Virus record (IMG/VR): IMGVR_UViG_3300002835_000006
Origin: a virus
Taxonomy: Duplodnaviria > Caudoviricetes
Reading direction: 5' to 3' (one strand)
Length of the DNA stretch: 64,000 bases
The stretch's first letter is position 1, and each line of letters begins with the position of its first letter. Below the pieces are notes generated by a model that had not been told where the DNA came from, made no database searches, and worked only from the letters and a program-made list of their open reading frames with translations. Below, in pieces: positions 15,552 to 25,641 of the stretch. Made by a program: the position numbers and the translations under genes.

Positions 15552-17016
15552 GTTCTCCTGATTTGAATGCATCAAAGTTTGGTCCTTTTGTTAAAAAGAA
15601 TTCTCTACCGACTTTTCTATATCCCAATATACCTGCGTTTTTTGCTGCGGCAAAGAATGAAGCGTGTTGACCTCTCAAATCACGTGGCGTGTACAAATGT
15701 TGACCATTGTGTCTTCTAAACATAATTTTCCCATAGTTATTTATTTTGACAATATACCCGATGTCTGTCAAAAAATCTAGTTTCGTTCCTATTTTCCCTG
15801 AATCTAAATAATCGACAAGTTTCTTCACCCAACCTTTATTTTTACTAAATGTATACCCATAAGTTGATGTAAACACCTTTGCAGAACCAACAACTTTTTG
15901 TTGTAATTCTGCGTTAGCTTTGACATAATCTAAAACTTTACTTGCGATATGATTTCTGACTGAATCGGCAGTGGTTTGTGGAAATCCTTGAATCATATAT
16001 TTGGAATCAAAACCCCAACCTTCCAAACCTAAATCGATAAAATCTTCTGTATCAATAAAATCATCAGTTCCCATAAACCCGATACTGGCAGAAAATGTTT
16101 TCCTATCCTCCGATTTATATGTTATAAAAATTACATAGGAATCAATCAGTTTTTTATTGTGAGAAATTGAAATTTGTCCGTTTGCATGACCAGGACCTAA
16201 GTCATTTATAGTTTCGAATCCTTCAGCTGATACAGTCAGATTACCATCTTTTCTCAAATACTTTTCTATTGTTCTGAGAGAAGCTCCTGATGAGTTGAAA
16301 ACTTCGTTCAAAAATGTTTCTTGTGCGGAGCTCGCAATTTTTTTATAATCCTTTTCTATAACTTCAATCATTTCGGGAAATGCGTATTTGAAAACTTCAA
16401 CTTCTCTTTCATTCATGCCGTCATCCTGAGAGTCCCAATATCTTGGATTACCCATTCCGTCATAATGAATTGCAACTTTTGAGTAGTTTTTATTTGTGGA
16501 ATTTGTTTTATTGATTACATAATACAAAGCTTGGCCTCCCGATGTATATCTTTTGAAGTGGTCATCAGATTGAGATGTTGTACACCATTTAGTATTTGCA
16601 CCATATTTACAAGACGCTTGGTGTGTTTTTGGTTTCATCACAAGAAATTTATCGTCCTCGTAAATTTTTTCTACTTGTTTTTCTAAAATTTTTTCTTTCT
16701 CTCTGACTCTGACAGGGTAAAGGGCTTTTTCAAGCTCAAGATAGCTTCCATATTGATTTATATCTTTTTTTTCTAACTGAGATTGATATTTGTCAAAATC
16801 TTTGATTGCCCAGATTGTACTCTCAATATCATCTTCTAATGTCTCACTATCCTTAGGTAAAGTTCTCAATACAAAGTCAGTGTATTTGTGATTGAAATCT
16901 TTTAAATCAGAAATATTCAAAATAAATTCTAAATCTTGTTCATTAAATTTAGTAGAATATTTTTTCTTCAAATCTTCCTTTCGACCTTCTTTAATTAAAA
17001 TGGAAACCAACTTCAT
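15538..17016 (-). CDS. hypothetical protein with ASCKYG..TKWC motif
   Basis: Real start MKLVSILIKE at 17016, 5 nt after TATTTATA; the longer ORF-track start lies inside tRNA-Arg. Confidence 0.8.
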   Translation of the reverse strand: MKLVSILIKEGRKEDLKKKYSTKFNEQDLEFILNISDLKDFNHKYTDFVLRTLPKDSETLEDDIESTIWAIKDFDKYQSQLEKKDINQYGSYLELEKALYPVRVREKEKILEKQVEKIYEDDKFLVMKPKTHQASCKYGANTKWCTTSQSDDHFKRYTSGGQALYYVINKTNSTNKNYSKVAIHYDGMGNPRYWDSQDDGMNEREVEVFKYAFPEMIEVIEKDYKKIASSAQETFLNEVFNSSGASLRTIEKYLRKDGNLTVSAEGFETINDLGPGHANGQISISHNKKLIDSYVIFITYKSEDRKTFSASIGFMGTDDFIDTEDFIDLGLEGWGFDSKYMIQGFPQTTADSVRNHIASKVLDYVKANAELQQKVVGSAKVFTSTYGYTFSKNKGWVKKLVDYLDSGKIGTKLDFLTDIGYIVKINNYGKIMFRRHNGQHLYTPRDLRGQHASFFAAAKNAGILGYRKVGREFFLTKGPNFDAFKSGELKAL

Positions 17017-17061
17017 ATGGTATAAATATAAAGAAAGGGAGATTAAAATCTCCCTTTCAAA

Positions 17062-17136
17062 TGGTAGTCCCGCGTGGAATCGAACCACGAATAACTGCTT
17101 AGAAGGCAGTGGTTATATCCGTTTAACTACAGGACC
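17062..17136 (-). tRNA. tRNA-Arg(UCU)
   Basis: GGTCCTG/CGGGACT acceptor, loop CTTCTAA, encoded CCA. Confidence 0.95.
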
Positions 17137-17140
17137 ATTG

Positions 17141-17491
17141 TCATTTCCAAAATAGTTGTATCAAAAGTATAACAAAACTCAGACATAAACAAATTAAAGT
17201 TTTTGTTGTCATAGGTTCTTTTAATATCCACCAAGCCATAACGCTAAAAACTATAACTCCAATTGAAAAACCAATTATTCTGTTGGGCCAAGTTTCTCCA
17301 TTATACAAACTAACCATTTCTCTACTTGCTAAGATAACTAAATAACTAATCGGAATTCCAATTATTGTCATTAAAAATGGATTACGTTTAATCCAATTAT
17401 TCCACAGATGACCTTGCAATTGATAAAAAGTGAAAGCCTGAGAAAACAAATAAACTGAAAGAATAAATACTATTGATAAAACCTTGTTCAT
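17141..17491 (-). CDS. 4-TM small membrane protein (DMT/SMR-like)
   Basis: Four hydrophobic helices; KEPMTTKTLICLCL C-terminus. Confidence 0.65.
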   Translation of the reverse strand: MNKVLSIVFILSVYLFSQAFTFYQLQGHLWNNWIKRNPFLMTIIGIPISYLVILASREMVSLYNGETWPNRIIGFSIGVIVFSVMAWWILKEPMTTKTLICLCLSFVILLIQLFWK

Positions 17492-17553
17492 TGTAACAAA
17501 TATATTAAAAGTTTGTTACAAAAAAAACCCCTCGTTTAAGGGAGGGGTTTCTT

Positions 17554-17892
17554 TTAGAGTGTTCTGAGAACATAACCGATTACGGATAATAGTCCGAGAA
17601 TTAGTGGTACTTGTGTTTTTGCTCCACCCATAAGTGATAGGTGAAGAACAACAGCTGCACTCATAAATGAGGTAATCAACACCATTCCGTAGAGTGATGT
17701 CATTGGGATTGCAAGTAAGATTACTCCGAGAAGTTCTCCAACTCCTGTGAGCATTCTGTACTTTTCCAACTTCATGAATGCGAAGTTTCCGACCATTTCT
17801 TGTGTTCCGATGATTTTCTCAATTGCGCCTTTGCCGAGCATTGCTCCAACAACAGCGGTGAGAGCCCATCCAATCATTGCTAAAATTGTCAT
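17554..17892 (-). CDS. DoxX family membrane protein
   Basis: GAIEK..G..EM...F; TGVGELLGVILLAIP; GAVVLHL-like motif. Confidence 0.8.
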   Translation of the reverse strand: MTILAMIGWALTAVVGAMLGKGAIEKIIGTQEMVGNFAFMKLEKYRMLTGVGELLGVILLAIPMTSLYGMVLITSFMSAAVVLHLSLMGGAKTQVPLILGLLSVIGYVLRTL

Positions 17893-17994
17893 AAGTTTAA
17901 TTTTAAGATAAAAAAATAGATGAATAATTTGACAATGTCAAATAAAAAACCCCCACCACGAGGGTGAGGGTTAGTTACTGCGAATAATGAAATA

Positions 17995-20900
17995 TTATCT
18001 TCCGAAGATATATCTTAAACCGAGTTGACCTTGCCAAACGTCAAATACAGATGTATTCCACTGATAAGTGTCTCTGATGAGACCTACAGTAGTTGTACCA
18101 TTTGCGTTGAGGATTGGTTGAGTTGACAATCTGTAGACAGGTTCACCAGCTGTGTTAGTTGATGAATAGCTAAGGATTGCAGGGTTTGTAGCTCTTTGAG
18201 ATACACCCCAATCGTTGTTTAACATGTTACCAAAGTTCAAGATATCCAATCTGATTTGGAATGTGTTTCTGTGACCTTTGATATCGATGAAGAAATCTTG
18301 TTGAACAGACAAATCAAATCTGTGTAACATTGGAATAGCGAGAGCGTTTCTCTCAGCGTATTGACCTCTTCTTGTAGAAAGATATTTGTCTTGGTCGATG
18401 TAAGCGTCAAAAGCTGCTTGTTGTTGAGCTTCAGTGAAAGTTACACCGCCTGAAGTGAATTGAGCAAATTTGATGTCCGAACCTTTGTTTGGAACAAAGA
18501 TAAGTTCATTGTTATTCACTCTGTCACCGTTTAGGTCACCCGCTACGAAGTAGCTGAATGGGTTACCTTGTTGTCCTACATAACCTAAAGTTACAGTAGT
18601 TGCACCAGCACCTTTCTTAGCACCGTTCTCTAATCTATAACCAAGAAGACCAACAAATCTGTTAGGAATCCAGTTATCAGAGAAAGCTAAAGGAAGGTCG
18701 TTGTTTCCGTTGATTGCTCTTGCTGACTGCCAAGAACCAGAAGCAATTGAACCAGCACTCATGAAGTCTTTAGAAAGTGATGTAGTCCAAGCTGCAGAAC
18801 CCCAAAGACCTTTTTGGATTGGATATTTTAACTCGATAGTTGCTGATGTATTGTAAGCGCCATTTCTGTTTGTTAAAACCGCACCCATAGATACGTTGTC
18901 ATTTACTCTTACGCCAGCATCGTTTCTTGCGAAAACAGGTCTTTTGTCAGGACCTGCGAATACTCCTACAGGAACATCCAAGTTAGCGTTGTAGTAATGA
19001 ACAGCGTTCAAAAATCTATTGTACATAAGTTCCACAGTACCTACAAATCCGAATGGTAACTTCTTGTCTGCAGCAAGGTTAGTTTTCCATACTTGTGGGA
19101 ATTTGTAGTTGGGGTCAGTGAAAGCTAAATCAAAAGTAGAAGGAAGTGTTGGTGTAGAAGGAATGAAGTATTGGTTAGGGTTAGCTGTGAAACCGTAGTT
19201 AGCAGCTGCCGCACCTGATACATCGATAAATCCTGTAAGAACACCATTGTTTCCTACTTGGTTTGAAACGAATACATAAGGAGGTCTACCTGTGAATACA
19301 CCGGAACCACCTCTTACTTGTAAATCATTTTTACCTTTGTGATTATAGTTGAAACCAATTCTTGGTTCGAAGAGAACTTGTGTTTTTGGTAAAACACCTG
19401 TGTTGAATTTCTCACCACCAGCGAAAGTCATTGCAGTTACTGCAGGATTTTCTAATGCCGTGTTTTCGAAACCAATTACAGCCGCTCTCAAACCACCTGT
19501 GATTTTCAAATTAGCGTTGTACTGATACTCATCCTGAACATAGAGGTCAAGACGAGATGTTTTCAAAACTTGCATTGGTTCGATTCCACCAGGTAACGCT
19601 GAGTAACGAAGTTGGAATCTTGCAGGAGCAAGAGTTGAAGGTCTTCCACCGTTTGCTAATGATTGATTAGCTGCGGTGTAGAAATCAGTCAAAGAATTGA
19701 AGATATATACACCGTTTGAAGCGGGGAAGAATAAGTTGTTAGAACGATATTTCTCGAAGTTAACACCAGCCACAATTGTGTGCTTGTCCATAAATTTGGT
19801 CAAGTTGTTAGTGATGTGGAAAGTGTTATAGTCCAACTTGTTACCAGGAGTGAATGGGTCAAATCCTACAGAAGCGTAGGTTGCGGTACCATTCATGATA
19901 TCAATAGTTGGAAACATCTGTGAAAGATATCCTCTATTTTCAATCTGCTTGTCATAACCAACAATTAGGTTGTTGTGTAAGGTATTAGAAAATTTGCTGT
20001 TGAGTTCTAATACTGAAGAACGTGTGTTATCTTGAATGATGTATCCACTGTTCTTAAAACTCATTGCGTTGAACTGAGTAGTTCTGTTTCCTGCACCTGC
20101 AGATTGAGAGTTTGAAATGTTTATCTCAGCTTCTGAATTGTGCCAAACATAACGAGCAGTCAATTTGTGCTTGTCGTTGATGTTCCAGTCCATTCTCACC
20201 AAGAATTTCTCAGAAGTGTTTGAGTTGTTGTACCCTTCCCAAGGACCCGTCTCATAATTGAAATTTGTTCTCATGAAATCAGAAAGAGTTTTCATATCTG
20301 AATACAGAACTCTTGAGATTTGAGAACCAGCTAAAGGTGAACCTTGTGAAATCCAAGTCGTACCAGGTTCAGTTTTTGTAAGGTTTTCGTAGTTACCAAA
20401 AATGAATAATTTGTTTTTGATAATTGGAGCACCTAATCTGAAACCTCTTGTAGTTTCTTCGAATTTCGAAGCGGTTACAGTAGTTCCTTTAGCGTTGTTA
20501 CCAACATAACGTTGGTTGTCTCTGTTAAACTGATAATAAGAACCCTCTACTTTGTTGGAACCACTTCTTGTAACAGCGTTGATTCCAGCACCAACGAAAC
20601 CACTTTGACGAATGTCAAATGGAGCTACGTTGATTTGTAGTTGGTCAATCGCATCCAAAGAGATTGCAGTTGAACCAGTTCTACCACCAGCCTGAGCTGA
20701 AGAACCAAGACCGAAACCGTTGTTAAACTGAGAACCGTCAATTGTGAAGTTGTTCAATCTGCTATCAGCAGCTCCGAAAGAACGACCGTCACCCATTGGG
20801 TTGTACTTGGTGATTCCGTCAATAGTTCTTGCACCAGTAATGGGAACAGAAGTTAGTTCTCTCCTTCCAAATTGCTGAGACGCACCGGTTCTACCTGAGC

Positions 20901-21282
20901 TGAAAATGTTGTTTTTGTTTGAATTTACAACTACTTCAGTAAGGGTTTTAACTTCATTGACCAACACAATTTCCAAGGTAGTTGAAATACCAAGATTTGT
21001 ATTGATGTCTGTAAGCTCCTTCATTTTGTAACCCACATTAGAAACGTGAATTACATAAGGACCACCAGGACGCACAGCAGGAATGTTGAAAATACCAACT
21101 TTGTTTGTGATTGCACGATACTCAGAACCCGTAGGTTGGTGAACAGCATGAACCGACGCTCCCGCTAAAGCATCTCCTTTTTCATTTTTCACTACACCAG
21201 ACAGGGCAGAAGTTGTAATTTGCCCGAAAGATGCGAGAGTCACGAACAAGGATAAAAGTGACATCATGATTTGCTTTTTCAT
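17995..21282 (-). CDS. TonB-dependent outer-membrane receptor (Oar-like, N-terminal carboxypeptidase-regulatory-like domain)
   Basis: Signal peptide; GVVKNEKG..L.GA.V; plug motif GFVGAGINAVTRSGSN; EPRIGFNY; C-terminal GQLGLRYIF. Start MKKQ at 21282. Confidence 0.93.
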   Translation of the reverse strand: MKKQIMMSLLSLFVTLASFGQITTSALSGVVKNEKGDALAGASVHAVHQPTGSEYRAITNKVGIFNIPAVRPGGPYVIHVSNVGYKMKELTDINTNLGISTTLEIVLVNEVKTLTEVVVNSNKNNIFSSGRTGASQQFGRRELTSVPITGARTIDGITKYNPMGDGRSFGAADSRLNNFTIDGSQFNNGFGLGSSAQAGGRTGSTAISLDAIDQLQINVAPFDIRQSGFVGAGINAVTRSGSNKVEGSYYQFNRDNQRYVGNNAKGTTVTASKFEETTRGFRLGAPIIKNKLFIFGNYENLTKTEPGTTWISQGSPLAGSQISRVLYSDMKTLSDFMRTNFNYETGPWEGYNNSNTSEKFLVRMDWNINDKHKLTARYVWHNSEAEINISNSQSAGAGNRTTQFNAMSFKNSGYIIQDNTRSSVLELNSKFSNTLHNNLIVGYDKQIENRGYLSQMFPTIDIMNGTATYASVGFDPFTPGNKLDYNTFHITNNLTKFMDKHTIVAGVNFEKYRSNNLFFPASNGVYIFNSLTDFYTAANQSLANGGRPSTLAPARFQLRYSALPGGIEPMQVLKTSRLDLYVQDEYQYNANLKITGGLRAAVIGFENTALENPAVTAMTFAGGEKFNTGVLPKTQVLFEPRIGFNYNHKGKNDLQVRGGSGVFTGRPPYVFVSNQVGNNGVLTGFIDVSGAAAANYGFTANPNQYFIPSTPTLPSTFDLAFTDPNYKFPQVWKTNLAADKKLPFGFVGTVELMYNRFLNAVHYYNANLDVPVGVFAGPDKRPVFARNDAGVRVNDNVSMGAVLTNRNGAYNTSATIELKYPIQKGLWGSAAWTTSLSKDFMSAGSIASGSWQSARAINGNNDLPLAFSDNWIPNRFVGLLGYRLENGAKKGAGATTVTLGYVGQQGNPFSYFVAGDLNGDRVNNNELIFVPNKGSDIKFAQFTSGGVTFTEAQQQAAFDAYIDQDKYLSTRRGQYAERNALAIPMLHRFDLSVQQDFFIDIKGHRNTFQIRLDILNFGNMLNNDWGVSQRATNPAILSYSSTNTAGEPVYRLSTQPILNANGTTTVGLIRDTYQWNTSVFDVWQGQLGLRYIFGR

Positions 21283-21519
21283 GTTTGTTTTGTTTATTGG
21301 TTTATAAATAAAAAATCCCGAAGACATGCGCCAACGGGATTATTGTATTTTCAAAATTGTTAAAATAGTTCAGTCGATAAAAACTCATAAAATTTCTCCA
21401 CCCTTTCATAACTACCCTGTCGAAAACAAAAATCCCAATCGACAACACAAAGTTAATAATTTTTTAATTGAGAATCAATAGGCGAAAAAAAACCCCCGAT
21501 TTCTCGGGGGGTCTCTTGG

Positions 21520-21627
21520 TTACTTTTTAAGCTTACCAATAAGTTTTGTGATATGTGGTCCCACCACAACTCCGACAACGACACCTACTAAAAAGTGCCA
21601 ATGCCATAAAAATTCAAAATTTTCCAT
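21520..21627 (-). CDS. 35-aa single-pass membrane peptide (absent from ORF track)
   Basis: MENFEFLWHWHFLVGVVVGVVVGPHITKLIGKLKK; AT-rich upstream region, terminator downstream at 21486-21512. Confidence 0.6.
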   Translation of the reverse strand: MENFEFLWHWHFLVGVVVGVVVGPHITKLIGKLKK

Positions 21628-21654
21628 ACTCATTTTGGTTTAATTTTTAGACTT

Positions 21655-22101
21655 TTAAAGGTGATATTTTAATCCAAATCCTGTAAGACTTGAATGTTTA
21701 CCATCTTTAACAGTTCTTAGAATTGATTGTTCTAAGCACCATCTTTTGTTTATCCTATAACCAATGGAAGGAGCATAAGTAAATTGTCCTTTTTGTCCAT
21801 TGAAGAAGGTAACACCGCCATCAAGACCGATATGGAGTCCTTTTTTGAGGTGCTTACGGTATCCAACTAAAGCCGGCATTCTAACGAAACCTGCTTTATT
21901 CTGCATGAAACCAAAAGAGACGTTCCAATTTTTTTTGGAAAAATCTACTTTTTGACCCCAAGCTTTGGAATCCCAATCAACATTTTTTGCAATCGGTGCC
22001 ATAGCTGTTGCTCCAACGGAAATGTCCCATCCCCCTTTTTTCTGAGCAAATGTTGCTAATGAGAATACCATAGCAAAAAATAACAAAATGTGTTTTTTCA
22101 T
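21655..22101 (-). CDS. small outer-membrane beta-barrel protein
   Basis: Signal peptide, amphipathic strands, C-terminal GFGLKYHL; start MKKH at 22101. Confidence 0.75.
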   Translation of the reverse strand: MKKHILLFFAMVFSLATFAQKKGGWDISVGATAMAPIAKNVDWDSKAWGQKVDFSKKNWNVSFGFMQNKAGFVRMPALVGYRKHLKKGLHIGLDGGVTFFNGQKGQFTYAPSIGYRINKRWCLEQSILRTVKDGKHSSLTGFGLKYHL

Positions 22102-22193
22102 TTGTTTTTTGTTTATTGATTTATAAATAAAAATCCCATTCACAGACTCTTTCGAGTTGCGGATGGGACTGATATTTCTGTATTATAAATATT

Positions 22194-22601
22194 TCAATTT
22201 TCCGAAATATTCATTTTTTCAGTTTGTTCTCTGAGATAGTTACATTCAAATTCGGAGCAAGTTTGGGGTCTGATTTCATAAACCATACATGATTTGACCT
22301 GTGGATTGTAGAAAATACAAGGTAGTTTGGGATTAAAAAAATCTAATCTAAGAGCGGGAAAATTTTTGGGGTCTTGCCATGTTGATTTGTTAGGAAAAAG
22401 AGATTTACCTTCTTCATAGGTGATAAAAACTTCTTTGAACATGATTTCTCTGCCTAATTTGTTCGATAACCTATCAACGAAATCATATGCATCAAGGTGA
22501 GGACCTATGATGAAATCCCTTTCAGCTACTGTACAACATCCTCCGTGATTACCAGGAAAACCCATACATCTGTTACTACATATATTACAATCTGTACCCA
22601 T
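22194..22601 (-). CDS. YkgJ-family Cys-cluster (Fe-S/Zn) protein
   Basis: CxxCxxxC...GGCC; PCIFY...CMVYEIRPQTCSEFEC. Confidence 0.85.
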   Translation of the reverse strand: MGTDCNICSNRCMGFPGNHGGCCTVAERDFIIGPHLDAYDFVDRLSNKLGREIMFKEVFITYEEGKSLFPNKSTWQDPKNFPALRLDFFNPKLPCIFYNPQVKSCMVYEIRPQTCSEFECNYLREQTEKMNISEN

Positions 22602-22604
22602 AAA

Positions 22605-23261
22605 CTATTTTAATTTTGTTATTCCATATACCCAATTTAGGGGTAGAGGTTCTGTTTTTTTGATTTTTTTATTTTCATAACCATTTGTAATCCATTTTGT
22701 ACCAAATTGTGAATTTTTATTCCCTTTTTGGCTTATTGAATTTTTTTCACCTATTTTTTTCTTTGTTTCTTCGTTATGTTTTTTTCCGAGCCAGGAGTAA
22801 GAGTCTTGTATTGATTTTAATTTTCCATTTTTATGATTTTTTTCATTTGACGCAATACGGGATAGTGAAATTTTTTTTCTATAATTTGGGTCGGATTTCA
22901 ACATTTCTCTATGTTTTATACCCGCGGCTTTAGAACACTTGTATTGGTGAGTTGGATTATTAAACCCGCCAGTACCACCAGGTTTCAAATTATAACAATT
23001 CGGGTCATTTAGAAAATTCTCGTTTATAATTTCCTTTTCTCTTTTTATCAACTCTTCTCTATTGATACACCATTCGAGAATTTCGAATTTGAAATTATTC
23101 GGACCGTATTTTCTTATTGCAAATCTTAAATTAGTTCCACTCCCTATGTAACCATCGTTCAGGTTTGTTGTTGAATGCATTCCAACGTAAAATTTATTAT
23201 TGAGGAGGTTTGTTGTCTTGTATATAAAATGATATTTTTTTGACTTATTTGAGTTCGACAT
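22605..23261 (-). CDS. free-standing GIY-YIG homing endonuclease (Seg-like, NUMOD3 repeats)
   Basis: FIYKTTN...FYVGMH...YIGSG...R...KYG..NF..EIL; GKKHNEETKKKI. Confidence 0.9.
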   Translation of the reverse strand: MSNSNKSKKYHFIYKTTNLLNNKFYVGMHSTTNLNDGYIGSGTNLRFAIRKYGPNNFKFEILEWCINREELIKREKEIINENFLNDPNCYNLKPGGTGGFNNPTHQYKCSKAAGIKHREMLKSDPNYRKKISLSRIASNEKNHKNGKLKSIQDSYSWLGKKHNEETKKKIGEKNSISQKGNKNSQFGTKWITNGYENKKIKKTEPLPLNWVYGITKLK

Positions 23262-23296
23262 ACTAATAAATATGTCAAGAACTCAAAAAAGTCTGC

Positions 23297-23688
23297 GGTG
23301 GAGAAGACGGGAGTCGAACCCGTGTCTTGTTCGCGATAACTATAAGTGACTACACGTTTATTACAACATTGTTTCTCAATGTTCCGAAATATTAGGTTTG
23401 ATATATGTGAGAAACCTACCTACAAACAACTTGGTCTCAGAATTATTTTAAACGAGCTCTGACCTGTGACCCGTATAATGGACTTCTGTTCCTAGGTTAT
23501 ATGTCCTAACCGACCCGACGTTGTCAAAACTATCAAGCTTTAACAACAGCTTCCTCAGCGATAAGACCGAGAGCAGCCATTTTAGCAAAAGTATTGCCAG
23601 TTGTGTTTTAAATCAGTTTTTAAGGAGGTAATTTAGCTCCTACGTGCCACCTATACCTATACACGCCAATCGATGCCATTTCTTCCCC
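23297..23688 (-). ncRNA. ssrA: tmRNA
   Basis: 5' GGGGAAG pairs with 3' CTTCTCC-A-CC, giving G3-U70; T-arm CGGG-TTCGACT-CCCG; tag ORF 23598-23533 after ACAACT. Confidence 0.95.
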
Positions 23689-23754
23689 GTAATTTCAAAT
23701 AACTTTTACAAATATAAGAATAAATATTTTAATTCCAAACCTGTATTTATCAAT

Positions 23755-24798
23755 ATGGGAAAATTTGATTCTTTTGTTGCTTTAAAAAATTTTATTCAAG
23801 GTAAAATTGATTCTTCAGATTTGAAAAATCTCATACCACAAATTTATAAAGTGGATGTGAATTATGATGATTTGAGTAAAAGTTTGGTAACATATGAGTT
23901 TGAAAATGAATCAGATTTATTGAAAATGATTGATATTTCTGATGATGATATTTGGTTTTATAATAGTATCTCAAATCCATATACAGGTTATTACATATAC
24001 GGTCCTGATAACTCTGAAACCGATTTTGAAGAAGGTTATGGTTTATGGGATGAGTTGGATGGTGATAATTGGGAAAAATTTGAAACTATTTCAAGATTTG
24101 TTATGAAACAACCCTTTTCACAAGACATTGATTTTCTTAGTGTCTTCGCTCACACTTTGCAAAGACTTTTCCCAAAAAATGTTCGAGCGATGATAAATGA
24201 TTATTCACAAGAAAGGGATAATCAAATGAAAGATGCTGCACAAAATGTAATTCAAAGAGATTTGGATGATTATTTTTCGCAACTTGGTATGGAGTATAAA
24301 AACGGTTTTTTAAAATTTGAAATAGGTAAAGTATTTGAACAATATGTTTATAGTGGTCAATTGACACTGTCATTCGAAAAAATTTTGAAAAAATATCTAA
24401 AATCAGAATATACGCCTGAAGGTGGGTGGAGTGATAGTACTTGGGAATATCAATCGTCAGATGGTTTTGACAGTGAATACTTCAATAGGGAGGTCGAAAA
24501 AGAATTAGATTCCATAATTGAAAAAATTATGGAAAATGAAGAGGAGTCAAAAAACTTTATTTCCATGGTTGAAAGAATTGAAAGTAAATTCAAACAAGGT
24601 GTACTGTATGATTTGCCAAAGGATAGGTCTAATAAAGTTAAATTCTCCATCCAAGCCTACGATTATCCAAAACAGGAAGTTATTGTTAAATTGAGAAAAG
24701 ATTTGAAGGAAAAGACATTTTCCATGAAAGAACAGAATTTTTATAATTTATTATATCAACCTGAATTATTTAAAATTGGAGAATTGCACGATTTGTAG
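23755..24798 (+). CDS. hypothetical acidic protein
   Basis: Real start MGKFDS at 23755, after TATTTAT; the ORF-track start lies within tmRNA. Confidence 0.8.
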   Translation: MGKFDSFVALKNFIQGKIDSSDLKNLIPQIYKVDVNYDDLSKSLVTYEFENESDLLKMIDISDDDIWFYNSISNPYTGYYIYGPDNSETDFEEGYGLWDELDGDNWEKFETISRFVMKQPFSQDIDFLSVFAHTLQRLFPKNVRAMINDYSQERDNQMKDAAQNVIQRDLDDYFSQLGMEYKNGFLKFEIGKVFEQYVYSGQLTLSFEKILKKYLKSEYTPEGGWSDSTWEYQSSDGFDSEYFNREVEKELDSIIEKIMENEEESKNFISMVERIESKFKQGVLYDLPKDRSNKVKFSIQAYDYPKQEVIVKLRKDLKEKTFSMKEQNFYNLLYQPELFKIGELHDL

Positions 24799-24810
24799 TA
24801 CATTTGTGTA

Positions 24811-25641
24811 ATGCAAAACGATTTATTATTCCTGAAAGAAGTATTATCAGTTCCTACTGTAACTTATCAAGAAGAATTTATGATAAGATTCATACTCGAT
24901 TGGCTAGAAGAAAATAAAATTGAAAATTATGTTGATGAGCGTGGTAACATTTATGCGACCAAAAAAATTTCCGAAGTGGATAATGATTTTTATTATCCTT
25001 GTGTTGTATCTCATACTGATACTGTTCACTCCATTAGACATTTGATAATTCGAGAAGAGCAGTTACCAAATGCTCAAGGAGAGTTAAAACTATCCTTAAA
25101 GGCTTACGACGTAAACGGTTCTCCTACAGGTATCGGTGGAGATGATAAAGCCGGAGTTTTTGCATGTCTGAAATTATTATCAGAGTTACCCTATTTGAAA
25201 GCTGCTTTCTTCGTGTCAGAAGAAACTGGCTGTCACGGGTCAAGAAATTGTGATATTAAATTTTTCGACAACGTAGGATATGCAATTCAATTTGACGCAC
25301 CCGAGAATTGGATGGTTACTGAAACATGTTCTGGTCAAGTTATGTTTGACCGAAACTCAGAATTTTTCAAAAGTTGTGATGAAGTGTTGACAGAGAACAT
25401 GCATAAGGATTACATAGATTATATGGTTCACCCCTATACTGATGTTTATGCATTGAGAAGTAAATTTGATTTTTCTTGTATAAATTTTTCGATTGGATAT
25501 TACGACTATCATTCACCTGATGAATATGTCGTTGTTGAAGATGTTTTCAACGGAATAAAGATGGGAAAACTTATGATTGAGAAATTGGGATATAAATTAC
25601 ACTTCAAAAAAGCGAAAGACCACGGAAAATTCTATTTATAA
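24811..25641 (+). CDS. M28/M20-family di-zinc peptidase
   Basis: SHTDTV, GGDDKAG, EETGCHGS, QFD, YHSPDE. Confidence 0.88.
   Translation: MQNDLLFLKEVLSVPTVTYQEEFMIRFILDWLEENKIENYVDERGNIYATKKISEVDNDFYYPCVVSHTDTVHSIRHLIIREEQLPNAQGELKLSLKAYDVNGSPTGIGGDDKAGVFACLKLLSELPYLKAAFFVSEETGCHGSRNCDIKFFDNVGYAIQFDAPENWMVTETCSGQVMFDRNSEFFKSCDEVLTENMHKDYIDYMVHPYTDVYALRSKFDFSCINFSIGYYDYHSPDEYVVVEDVFNGIKMGKLMIEKLGYKLHFKKAKDHGKFYL

Noticed and set aside
21310-21460. Known riboswitch (cobalamin, TPP, SAM) upstream of the TBDR
   Set aside because: I could not find the conserved cores of these classes; kept only as a possible attenuator.
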